Of a stretch of DNA of 64,000 nucleotides, positions 9,748 to 17,542 are shown piece after piece. The first letter of the stretch is position 1, and every line of letters begins with the position of its first letter. A program made the translations under genes and the position numbers. The notes under the pieces are model-generated. The model was not told where the DNA came from. It made no database searches and saw nothing but the letters and a program-made list of their open reading frames with translations. Origin of the DNA: Bacteroidota bacterium (GTDB lineage: Bacteria; Bacteroidota; Bacteroidia; Bacteroidales; JAGONC01); contig JAPLDP010000069.1 in NCBI GenBank assembly GCA_026391695.1, positions 12,886 to 76,885 on the forward strand, in the 5' to 3' direction.

Positions 9748-10635
9748 ATGCCAGTTCCCAGGGAAAGAAAGAGAAGGAAAAAAAAGTGGGTTCAAAAGCT
9801 TCATGACAAGTATCGCCTGGTGATCATGAATGAGGAAACCTATGAGGAAAAGGTGTCATTCAGGTTATCCCGTCTGAATGTTTTTGTCGCTCTTGGAGCA
9901 GGGGCAACCTTGCTGATATTCCTTACTACTTATATTATCGCTTTCACCCCTCTGAGAGAATATATTCCGGGTTATATGGATGTGGACCTCCAAAAAAAAG
10001 TCTATGAACTCCAACTTCGTGCTGATTCTATTGAGCGGGAATTCAAGCTGAAGGATATCTATATTGTGAATTTAAAAAATATCATCAGCGGTGCTGATGT
10101 GGGGAGTGACCTTTCCTTGCCACAGGATACTCAGGCCAATTATCAGAATGTCACATTAGGGCATTCGATGGAAGATTCTATTCTCCGTGCGGAATTTGAA
10201 AGCCAGGACATGTATGATCTCCGGTTTTACAATGAATCAATGAATTCGGCCCGCTCCTCCATCAGTGGATTTTTATTCTTTACTCCACTCGAGGGTATCA
10301 TCACAAATACATTCAGTCCTCGGGAGAACCATTATGGGATCGATATTGTTGCCGACAGGAATGAAGCAGTCAAGTCTACACTGGAGGGTATGGTGATTTT
10401 TTCGGGCTGGACACTTGAGACCGGCTATGTTATAATGGTCCAACATGTGCAGAATATTATCTCTGTCTATAAACATAATTCTGTTCTGCTGAAGAAAGTA
10501 GGTGATTTTGTAAAGGCAGGCGAACCCATTGCTATTATTGGCGAGTCAGGAGAGTTGTCAACAGGCCCGCATCTGCATTTTGAATTATGGTACAACGGCC
10601 TTCCGATTAATCCGCAGGATTATATACTTTTTTGA
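9748..10635 (+). CDS. M23 family metalloendopeptidase (bitopic, LytM domain)
   Basis: 295 aa. Basic N-terminal tail (RERKRRKKK), one TM helix (VFVALGAGATLLIFLTTYIIAF), a coiled-coil-like segment, then HYGIDI...GPHLHFELW, the M23 zinc motifs. Confidence 0.88.
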   Translation: MPVPRERKRRKKKWVQKLHDKYRLVIMNEETYEEKVSFRLSRLNVFVALGAGATLLIFLTTYIIAFTPLREYIPGYMDVDLQKKVYELQLRADSIEREFKLKDIYIVNLKNIISGADVGSDLSLPQDTQANYQNVTLGHSMEDSILRAEFESQDMYDLRFYNESMNSARSSISGFLFFTPLEGIITNTFSPRENHYGIDIVADRNEAVKSTLEGMVIFSGWTLETGYVIMVQHVQNIISVYKHNSVLLKKVGDFVKAGEPIAIIGESGELSTGPHLHFELWYNGLPINPQDYILF

Positions 10636-10721
10636 CAGTAAAAAATGAAATCCGGACCGAAGGGTGACAGAAATGACAATATTATGATGGTAAATTATTA
10701 TAGTCCAAACAGGCACAATGT

Positions 10722-11876
10722 GTGAAGGAACGAATCGCCATATTAGGATCTACGGGTTCAATCGGACGTCAGGCACTGGAGGTTTTGCGGCAACATCCAT
10801 CTCTTTTTGAATGTGAGGTCATCACAGCTCAAAGCAATTACAGTTTATTGATTGAGCAGGCTGCCGAGTTCAAACCCAACGCGGTGGTCATTGGTGATGA
10901 CACCCATTACCACAAGGTAAAAGAGGCACTTTCACAGTATGATATAAAAGTCTTCGCCGGCCAGGAGTCTGTTTTGGGAATTCTCGAGCTGGAGTCTATC
11001 GATATAGTTCTTGTCGCAATTGTTGGATTTGCCGGTTTAAAGCCAACAGTAAAAGCTGTTGAGGAAGGAAAACGGATAGCATTAGCCAATAAGGAAACCC
11101 TTGTTGTTGCAGGTGAGTTTGTCACACGATTAGCACGTGAAAAGGGTGTCGCCATTCTCCCGGTCGATTCGGAACATTCCGCCATATTTCAATGCCTTGC
11201 AGGAGAAGTTCAAAATCCGGTTGAAAAAATCTACCTCACAGCTTCCGGAGGCCCTTTCCGGAACAAAACCAGCCCTGAACTGAAACAGGTTAAAAAGGAA
11301 GAAGCCCTCAGACACCCTAACTGGGATATGGGTGACAAGATCACCATCGATTCAGCGACGCTTATGAATAAGGGTCTTGAGGTCATCGAAGCCAGATGGT
11401 TTTTCAATCTCGATGCCAGCCAGATCGAGGTGATCATACACCCACAATCTATCATCCATTCCATTGTTCAGTTTCAGGATGGATCAATGAAAGCACAAAT
11501 GGGCCTGCCGGATATGAAACTCCCTATCCAATATGCATTTTCCTTTCCATATAGAATTAAAACAGATTATCCCCGTTTCAATTTCATAGATTATCCACTG
11601 TTGACTTTTGAACTTCCTGATGTGGAAAAATTTCCTAATCTGGTACTGGCTTACGATGCACTGAAAAGGGGCGGAAATATTCCCTGCGTATTGAATGCAG
11701 CCAATGAGATCGTTGTAGATGCCTTTTTAAAAGGAACCCTTGGCTTTATGGAGATGACTGATGTCATTGCCACCTGTATGCAGACAATTCCGTTTATTCA
11801 GAAACCCTCTTTTGAGGATTATTTTCAAACCGATGCCGAAACACGTATAAAGGCCATTGGCTTATTGAACAAATGA
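10722..11876 (+). CDS. dxr: 1-deoxy-D-xylulose-5-phosphate reductoisomerase
   Basis: 384 aa with a GTG start. Begins KERIAILGSTGSIG, then LANKE, PVDSEHSA and NKGLEVIEA motifs. Confidence 0.93.
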   Translation: MKERIAILGSTGSIGRQALEVLRQHPSLFECEVITAQSNYSLLIEQAAEFKPNAVVIGDDTHYHKVKEALSQYDIKVFAGQESVLGILELESIDIVLVAIVGFAGLKPTVKAVEEGKRIALANKETLVVAGEFVTRLAREKGVAILPVDSEHSAIFQCLAGEVQNPVEKIYLTASGGPFRNKTSPELKQVKKEEALRHPNWDMGDKITIDSATLMNKGLEVIEARWFFNLDASQIEVIIHPQSIIHSIVQFQDGSMKAQMGLPDMKLPIQYAFSFPYRIKTDYPRFNFIDYPLLTFELPDVEKFPNLVLAYDALKRGGNIPCVLNAANEIVVDAFLKGTLGFMEMTDVIATCMQTIPFIQKPSFEDYFQTDAETRIKAIGLLNK

Positions 11877-11924
11877 AAAGACGTTATGTTATTACTTTAT
11901 GTTGCATAATAATCAGATACTGAC

Positions 11925-13247
11925 ATGGAGATTGTGATCAAGATTTTACAACTGTTGATGAGTTTATCCATTCTCGTGATATTTCATGAATTTGGACATT
12001 TTATTACTGCGAAGATCTTTAAAACAAGGGTTGAAAAATTTTATCTTTTTTTCAATCCATGGTTTTCTGTTTTCAGGTTCAGGCGAGGTGAAACAGAATA
12101 TGGTCTGGGTTGGCTCCCGCTGGGAGGATACGTGAAGATTACAGGGATGATTGATGAGTCGCTGGATAAGGAACAACTTAAAAAACCTCCGCAACCATGG
12201 GAATTTCGTTCCAAACCTGCATGGCAGCGGCTTATTATTATGCTTGGCGGTGTCACGGTCAATGTTCTGCTGGCTATTGCCATTTATATCCTGATGCTTT
12301 TTACATGGGGAGAAGAATTCTTACCTACATCAGAGGTCAACAAATATGGTATATCCTGCGATTCTCTGGCATTGGAAATGGGCCTGAGAAATGGCGACAA
12401 GATATTATCCATTGACAACAATAAAGTAGAGGACTTTCTTAAAATCACGCCTACCATTGTCCTTGAAGAGGCCAAGACTATTCAGGTCGAACGCAATGGA
12501 CATTCAATGGATATAAACATCCCTGAAGGTATCATCAGCCAACTCATTAAGTCACAGGATCCTATTATATGGCCACGCATACCCTTTGAGATCAGTGAAT
12601 TCACTGGTGAGTCGGCCGCAAAATCAGCAGGAATGATGCCTGATGACGACATTATCGGTTTGAACGGGAGATATATCCCATATTTCAGGGAATTCCGTGC
12701 TGAATTGCAAAATTTTAAAAATCAAAATGTCACTATCGACCTGGTCAGGGGTGCTGATACTCTTCATTTGCTGGTCAGCATTCCTGCTTCAGGATTGATC
12801 GGCGTATTCCCTAAGGGAATGGAGAACTATTATCAATATCAGAAAAAGCACTTTACAGTATTTTCAGCTATTCCTGCCGGAACTATCAAAGCATATCAGG
12901 GTGTGGGTAACTATCTTAAGTCTCTCAAACTCTTGTTCTCACAGGAAAAAGCCTATGAATCGGTCGGGGGGTTCATAACTATCGGACGGATATTTCCCTC
13001 AGTCTGGGACTGGCAATCATTCTGGGGGCTGACAGCTTTCCTCTCCATCATGCTGGCCATATTAAATGTCTTTCCCATTCCTGCTCTGGATGGAGGGCAT
13101 GTCCTTTTCATATTTTATGAGATCGTCACACGCCGCAAACCCAGTGATAAATTCCTGGAATATGCACAGATTGTGGGTATGATCATCCTGTTTGGACTGC
13201 TCATTTTTGCAAATGGCAACGATATCATCAAATTACTTAAGCATTGA
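11925..13247 (+). CDS. rseP: RIP metalloprotease RseP (site-2 protease)
   Basis: 440 aa. HEFGHF zinc motif in the first TM helix, a PDZ-like middle region, and a C-terminal NxxPxPxLDGG motif. Confidence 0.9.
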   Translation: MEIVIKILQLLMSLSILVIFHEFGHFITAKIFKTRVEKFYLFFNPWFSVFRFRRGETEYGLGWLPLGGYVKITGMIDESLDKEQLKKPPQPWEFRSKPAWQRLIIMLGGVTVNVLLAIAIYILMLFTWGEEFLPTSEVNKYGISCDSLALEMGLRNGDKILSIDNNKVEDFLKITPTIVLEEAKTIQVERNGHSMDINIPEGIISQLIKSQDPIIWPRIPFEISEFTGESAAKSAGMMPDDDIIGLNGRYIPYFREFRAELQNFKNQNVTIDLVRGADTLHLLVSIPASGLIGVFPKGMENYYQYQKKHFTVFSAIPAGTIKAYQGVGNYLKSLKLLFSQEKAYESVGGFITIGRIFPSVWDWQSFWGLTAFLSIMLAILNVFPIPALDGGHVLFIFYEIVTRRKPSDKFLEYAQIVGMIILFGLLIFANGNDIIKLLKH

Positions 13248-13522
13248 CCTGCATTCAGAATTCTGATTCCGATTATGGTAAGGGGTATGTTAAGAACCAA
13301 TCCGACCAGCCCGATAGGTAAGCCATTGGGAGCAAAAGAAAAAACGCCCTTTGTCAAATAATGGGCAACAATAGCCAGACCATATACACCACCAGGTACA
13401 ATCTTATTTGGTGATATAAAAAAGGCATAGCCTGCTGTCATAATGAATGAGCCCAGTACCATCAGGGAGTATGCATAAAACCATTTTCTGGAAAACAATT
13501 TTTCATTTTGAATGAATGCCAT
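13115..13522 (-). pseudogene. Truncated YitT-family membrane protein gene (N-terminal ~90 codons only)
   Basis: The first ~88 codons look like a YitT N-terminus (MTAGYAFFISPNKIVPGGVYGLAIV...GLPIGLVGLVLNIPLTIIGIRIL). From about nt 13258 the frame runs antisense through the last 133 nt of rseP and yields unrelated sequence. Full-length YitT proteins are ~280-300 aa. Confidence 0.5.
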
Positions 13523-13612
13523 GACTTCTTAAAATAAAAAACATTATATTTACATCCGGAAAGGGCAAAAGAATAATAATTAGACTTATCTGGGATTCCT
13601 TAAACATACATC

Positions 13613-13691
13613 CACAAATAATTTCATTGTTAAGTGTACTATTTGTGCGGAAATGAAGTTATATATTGTGCTTATTTGCACGGGTACAAAT
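13613..13691. promoter_or_regulatory. Cluster of inverted ATTTG(T/C)(G/A)C half-sites upstream of porP
   Basis: CACAAATA (13613-13620) and TATTTGTG (13640-13647) are perfect 8-nt inverted arms. ATTTGCAC-GG-GTACAAAT (13674-13691) is a palindrome with one mismatch. Both lie 135-210 nt upstream of the porP ATG, in a divergent intergenic region. Confidence 0.3.
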
Positions 13692-13824
13692 TTTTATCGA
13701 TATAGCACTGAAAGAATCACTGGGATTTCATCTTGAAAAGCCGTTTTATTTCACCGTTTTGTGAATAGATAAAAAATTAGTATTTTAGCAAACTTTAAAA
13801 AGAGGCATAACTACCATTACAGTC

Positions 13825-14787
13825 ATGTATAAAAAAGCCACTGTAATTTTAATGTTAATTTCCTATTCGGTGATTTCTTTTGCACAGCAGGATGCACAAT
13901 TCAGCCAGTACATGTTTAATCATCTGTTTTTTAATCCCGGTTTTGCAGGTACGAGTGAAGCGATATGTGCAACCGGGCTCTACCGGCAGCAATGGGTAGG
14001 CTTTAAAGATGTTGATGGTAACAAAGTAGCTCCCGAAACGTATACAATCTCGCTTGACGGACCGTTAAGAATATTACATGGAGGGTTGGGAGCAACTATT
14101 ACAAATGATAAATTGGGATTTGAAAAAAACATAACTGTAAAAATCGGATATTCATATCATCTGAATACACCATCGGGTTTGCTGGGTATTGGTCTTATGG
14201 TCGGTTTTCTCGACAAAGCCATAGATTTTTCAAAATTCAAACCCGTTGACGATGATCCATTGTTATCCCAACTGGGTGCAGAACGTCAGATGCTGGCTGA
14301 CTTTTCCTTAGGGGCTTATTATAAAGTTCCTAATCAGTATTATTTGAGCATATCCGCGTCACAGCTTATTCAGTCTGCCAGTAAACCTTTGGCCGAATCA
14401 CAAAACACTGCACTTAAAATGCAGTTAAAAAGACATTATTATATAACGGCAGGATATCAATATACATTGCCTTACAATCCGTCATTTGAGCTTGATCCAT
14501 CCGTACTGTTAAAGACTGATTTTGCATCAGCCCAGTTCGATATTTCTGCCTTGCTGAAATATAAGGAACGCTTTTGGGGTGGATTAAGCTATAGATTCGA
14601 GGATGCAGTGGTGGTCATTCTTGGCATGGAATATAAAAATTTTGAAATAGGCTATTCATATGATATAACTACCTCAACACTTGGAGGGAATAGGAGCAGC
14701 GGGAGTCATGAAATTATGGCAGGGTATCGGTTCCGACTGGATGTCGAGAAATTACGGCAGAGTTACAAGAACACCCGATTTTTATAA
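13825..14787 (+). CDS. porP: PorP/SprF family type IX secretion system membrane protein
   Basis: 320 aa. Signal peptide, then QQDAQFSQYMFNHLFFNPGFAG (the PorP/SprF signature) and a beta-barrel-like C-terminus. Directly upstream of gldK. Confidence 0.85.
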   Translation: MYKKATVILMLISYSVISFAQQDAQFSQYMFNHLFFNPGFAGTSEAICATGLYRQQWVGFKDVDGNKVAPETYTISLDGPLRILHGGLGATITNDKLGFEKNITVKIGYSYHLNTPSGLLGIGLMVGFLDKAIDFSKFKPVDDDPLLSQLGAERQMLADFSLGAYYKVPNQYYLSISASQLIQSASKPLAESQNTALKMQLKRHYYITAGYQYTLPYNPSFELDPSVLLKTDFASAQFDISALLKYKERFWGGLSYRFEDAVVVILGMEYKNFEIGYSYDITTSTLGGNRSSGSHEIMAGYRFRLDVEKLRQSYKNTRFL

Positions 14788-14819
14788 AAGTTTTCATGTA
14801 AAGAATTAAAAAATACTTC

Positions 14820-14827
14820 TAAATTTG
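14820..14827 (+). promoter_or_regulatory. TAnnTTTG -7 box candidate in the porP-gldK spacer
   Basis: TAAATTTG, 73 nt upstream of the gldK ATG. Confidence 0.35.
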
Positions 14828-14899
14828 GTAATTTATAATAAATAGCTGACAGTAATCGTTTATAATAAGTTTTTCTGGAATTTAAAACGAAAACGACAT

Positions 14900-16258
14900 A
14901 TGAAGAAACTGTTTTTCTATTCAGTGGTTCTCTTAATCCTGAGCAGCTGCGGAAACTCCGGGAACGGGGAACTCATTGGTGTACAGAAACGGCCTCGTTT
15001 TTATCAGCCTGATCCATATGGCATGGCTTATATCCCTGCAGGAAGCTATGTGATCGGTACCGGCGATGAGGATGTGCCGTATACACAACTACAGCAGCCC
15101 AAAACCATTACAGTGGCTGCTTTTTATATGGATGAAACAGAGATCACCAATAATGAATACAGACAATTCGTCTATTGGGTAAGGGATTCCATTGCACGCC
15201 GTCTCCTGGGAGTCATCAAACCAGAAGTCTATCTGATCGAACAAAATGATAAAACCGGTGAAGTTTATGATCCTCCTTTTCTCAACTGGGAGAATGAAAT
15301 CGTTTGGGATGGAGAAGAAGAACGTGCAGCACTTGAAGAACTTTATCTACCTGAACATGAGAGATATTACAGGAAGAAAGAATTCGATACAAGGAAGCTG
15401 TATTATGAATATTATTGGATTGATCTGGCTGCCGCTGCAAAAAAAGATTTTGACCAGCAGGGTGATATTAAGGAGGGAGCCTTATCTAACCGTCCACAGG
15501 GATTGACGGACCGTTCGGTATACATCATGAAAGAAACCATTAATATTTTCCCGGATACGTTGTGTTGGCTCCATGATTATATCTATTCTTATAATGAGCC
15601 GATGACCGAAAAATACTTCTGGCACCCTGCCTATGATAATTATCCTGTTGTGGGAGTTACATGGAAACAAGCCAAAGCTTTCTGTATCTGGAGGTCTCAG
15701 CTGCTCAGCTCCTTCCTGTCCCTGAAAGAGGATGCCAGTGTCAATGAATTCCGTTTACCTTCAGAAGCTGAATGGGAATGGGCTGCCAGAGGAGGCAATG
15801 CCCTTAATCCTTATCCATGGGGAGGTCCTTATACCAGAAATGGTAAAGGCTGTTTTCTGGCAAACTTTAAACCATTGCGCGGAAATTACGCTGCTGATGG
15901 TGGTATTACTACCGTCATTGCCGCACATTATCCTCCTAATGACTTTGGACTGTTCGACATGGCAGGAAATGTCGCCGAATGGACTAATGATGCCTTTGAT
16001 GAGTCAGCTTACAATTTTGCCTGGGATATGAATCAATCCTATACATACAACGCTAAAGAAACTGATCCGCCCACCTTGAAACGTAAAGTGATCAGAGGCG
16101 GCTCCTGGAAAGATATTGCTTACTTTCTGCAAGTCTATTCACGCAGTTATGAATTTCAGGATACAGCAAAAGCTTATGTCGGCTTCAGATGCGTTCAAAA
16201 CTATCTCGGCAGACAAAAAGATGATAATCCTTCTAAAGCTTCTTATATTTATAAATAG
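14900..16258 (+). CDS. gldK: T9SS ring lipoprotein GldK/PorK (FGE-sulfatase fold)
   Basis: 452 aa. Lipobox LILSSCG, GMAYIPAGSYVIG, a SUMF1/FGE-like core (EWEWAARGG, RGGSW), and operon context with gldLMN. Confidence 0.9.
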   Translation: MKKLFFYSVVLLILSSCGNSGNGELIGVQKRPRFYQPDPYGMAYIPAGSYVIGTGDEDVPYTQLQQPKTITVAAFYMDETEITNNEYRQFVYWVRDSIARRLLGVIKPEVYLIEQNDKTGEVYDPPFLNWENEIVWDGEEERAALEELYLPEHERYYRKKEFDTRKLYYEYYWIDLAAAAKKDFDQQGDIKEGALSNRPQGLTDRSVYIMKETINIFPDTLCWLHDYIYSYNEPMTEKYFWHPAYDNYPVVGVTWKQAKAFCIWRSQLLSSFLSLKEDASVNEFRLPSEAEWEWAARGGNALNPYPWGGPYTRNGKGCFLANFKPLRGNYAADGGITTVIAAHYPPNDFGLFDMAGNVAEWTNDAFDESAYNFAWDMNQSYTYNAKETDPPTLKRKVIRGGSWKDIAYFLQVYSRSYEFQDTAKAYVGFRCVQNYLGRQKDDNPSKASYIYK

Positions 16259-16318
16259 AAGCCTTTTAATTGAAAATAATTTTATAACATAATAACATTT
16301 AACAAAACAAAAACAGTT

Positions 16319-17500
16319 ATGGGTATTAGTAATTTAGTGAGACGCAGAGGGTTTAAACACTTTATGTCCAGGTTGTATGGCTGGGGTGCATCGGTGGTCA
16401 TTCTGGGCGCACTTTTTAAAATCAACCATTATCCCGGAGCTGATTATATGCTTATTGCCGGGTTGGGAACAGAATCCCTGATATTCTTTTTCTCTGGCTT
16501 TGAGCCTCCCTATGTTGAGCCTGACTGGAGTCTGGTCTATCCGGAATTGGCAGGATTGTATCACGATACCGGTGTTGATGACTCTCAGCTGAAAAAAGGG
16601 AAAAAGAAGCCCACTGAAGAACTGGATGATATGCTGGCCAATGCCAAGATAGATCAGCAACTGATCGAAAGTCTCGGGCAAGGATTGAAGAACCTGAGCC
16701 AGAGTACCGCAAAGTTGTCCGACATTTCTGATGCGGCTTTTGCTACTAATGACTTTGTCAGGAATATAAAAGATGCATCCAAGTCAGCTGGCGAACTTTC
16801 AACATCATACCGCCAGACTTCCGAAGTGCTTAATAAAGATATTGTCACAGCCGAGGACCATTTTAACAACCTAAAGAATGCCTCGCAAAGTGTCGCCAAT
16901 CTATCGTCCGTTTATTCAAAAGCTTCCGAGAGCCTTAAAGGTAACCTGTCAGCCAGTGATGAATTTTCAAGCTCCATAAAGGCTGCCGTCACTTCAGCCA
17001 ATACTCTGGCACAAAAATATACCGAATCAGCTGACAAAATCTCCAAATCCACACAGAATCTCAGTTTTTCAGGTACGGAGATGAAGGATTTTAACGATCA
17101 GCTTAAGAAAATGACCGATCAAATCGGCGCGTTGAATGCCAACTATGAGTTGCAACTTCTGGGTTCTCATGAGAATGTGGAAACCGGCAGTAAGCTTCAG
17201 ATCACTATGAATCAACTCTTGAACAGCCTGAATGAATCGGTCGATAAAACATCCAAATATCATCAGAACCTGTCTGCTTTAAATGAAATATATGATAAAC
17301 ATCTGAAAGGGACCGGAAAACAGGTTGAGTCAACGACTCAAATGCAGGCATCTCTGGAAAAATTCCTTGAAAATCTGAATGCTTCAACAGAGATGACATC
17401 CAGATACAGAGATGAAGTTAACGCTCTGGCACAAAACATTGCAGCCCTGAATAAAGTATACGGAAATATGCTCTCGGCAATGAATGTTAAGTTAGCATGA
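16319..17500 (+). CDS. gldL: T9SS/gliding motor protein GldL/PorL with a long C-terminal extension
   Basis: The N-terminus (YGWGASVVILGALFKINHYPGADYMLIAGLGTESLIFFFSGFEPP) has the two TM helices typical of GldL. The C-terminal ALNKVYGNMLSAMN is GldL-like. At 393 aa it is long for the family. Confidence 0.85.
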   Translation: MGISNLVRRRGFKHFMSRLYGWGASVVILGALFKINHYPGADYMLIAGLGTESLIFFFSGFEPPYVEPDWSLVYPELAGLYHDTGVDDSQLKKGKKKPTEELDDMLANAKIDQQLIESLGQGLKNLSQSTAKLSDISDAAFATNDFVRNIKDASKSAGELSTSYRQTSEVLNKDIVTAEDHFNNLKNASQSVANLSSVYSKASESLKGNLSASDEFSSSIKAAVTSANTLAQKYTESADKISKSTQNLSFSGTEMKDFNDQLKKMTDQIGALNANYELQLLGSHENVETGSKLQITMNQLLNSLNESVDKTSKYHQNLSALNEIYDKHLKGTGKQVESTTQMQASLEKFLENLNASTEMTSRYRDEVNALAQNIAALNKVYGNMLSAMNVKLA

Positions 17501-17542
17501 GTTGAAGGAAGAATAATTCACGATTTAAAACAAATTATTCAA

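Noticed and set aside
9622-9804. A 61-codon N-terminal extension of the TPR lipoprotein ORF, starting at the ATG at 9804.
   Set aside because: It overlaps the divergent M23 gene start and lies upstream of the likely promoter box. It has no signal-peptide character, while the GTG at 9621 gives a perfect lipoprotein signal.
17427-17443. A sigma-54-like TGGCAC...TTGCA motif at the end of gldL, upstream of gldM. A second one lies at 61852..61868.
   Set aside because: GG and GC are separated by 11 nt, not the canonical 10. The first lies in coding sequence. The second is on the non-coding strand inside a minus-strand gene. Other TGGCAC occurrences (15611, 33614, 40641, 59173) lack a TTGC element.
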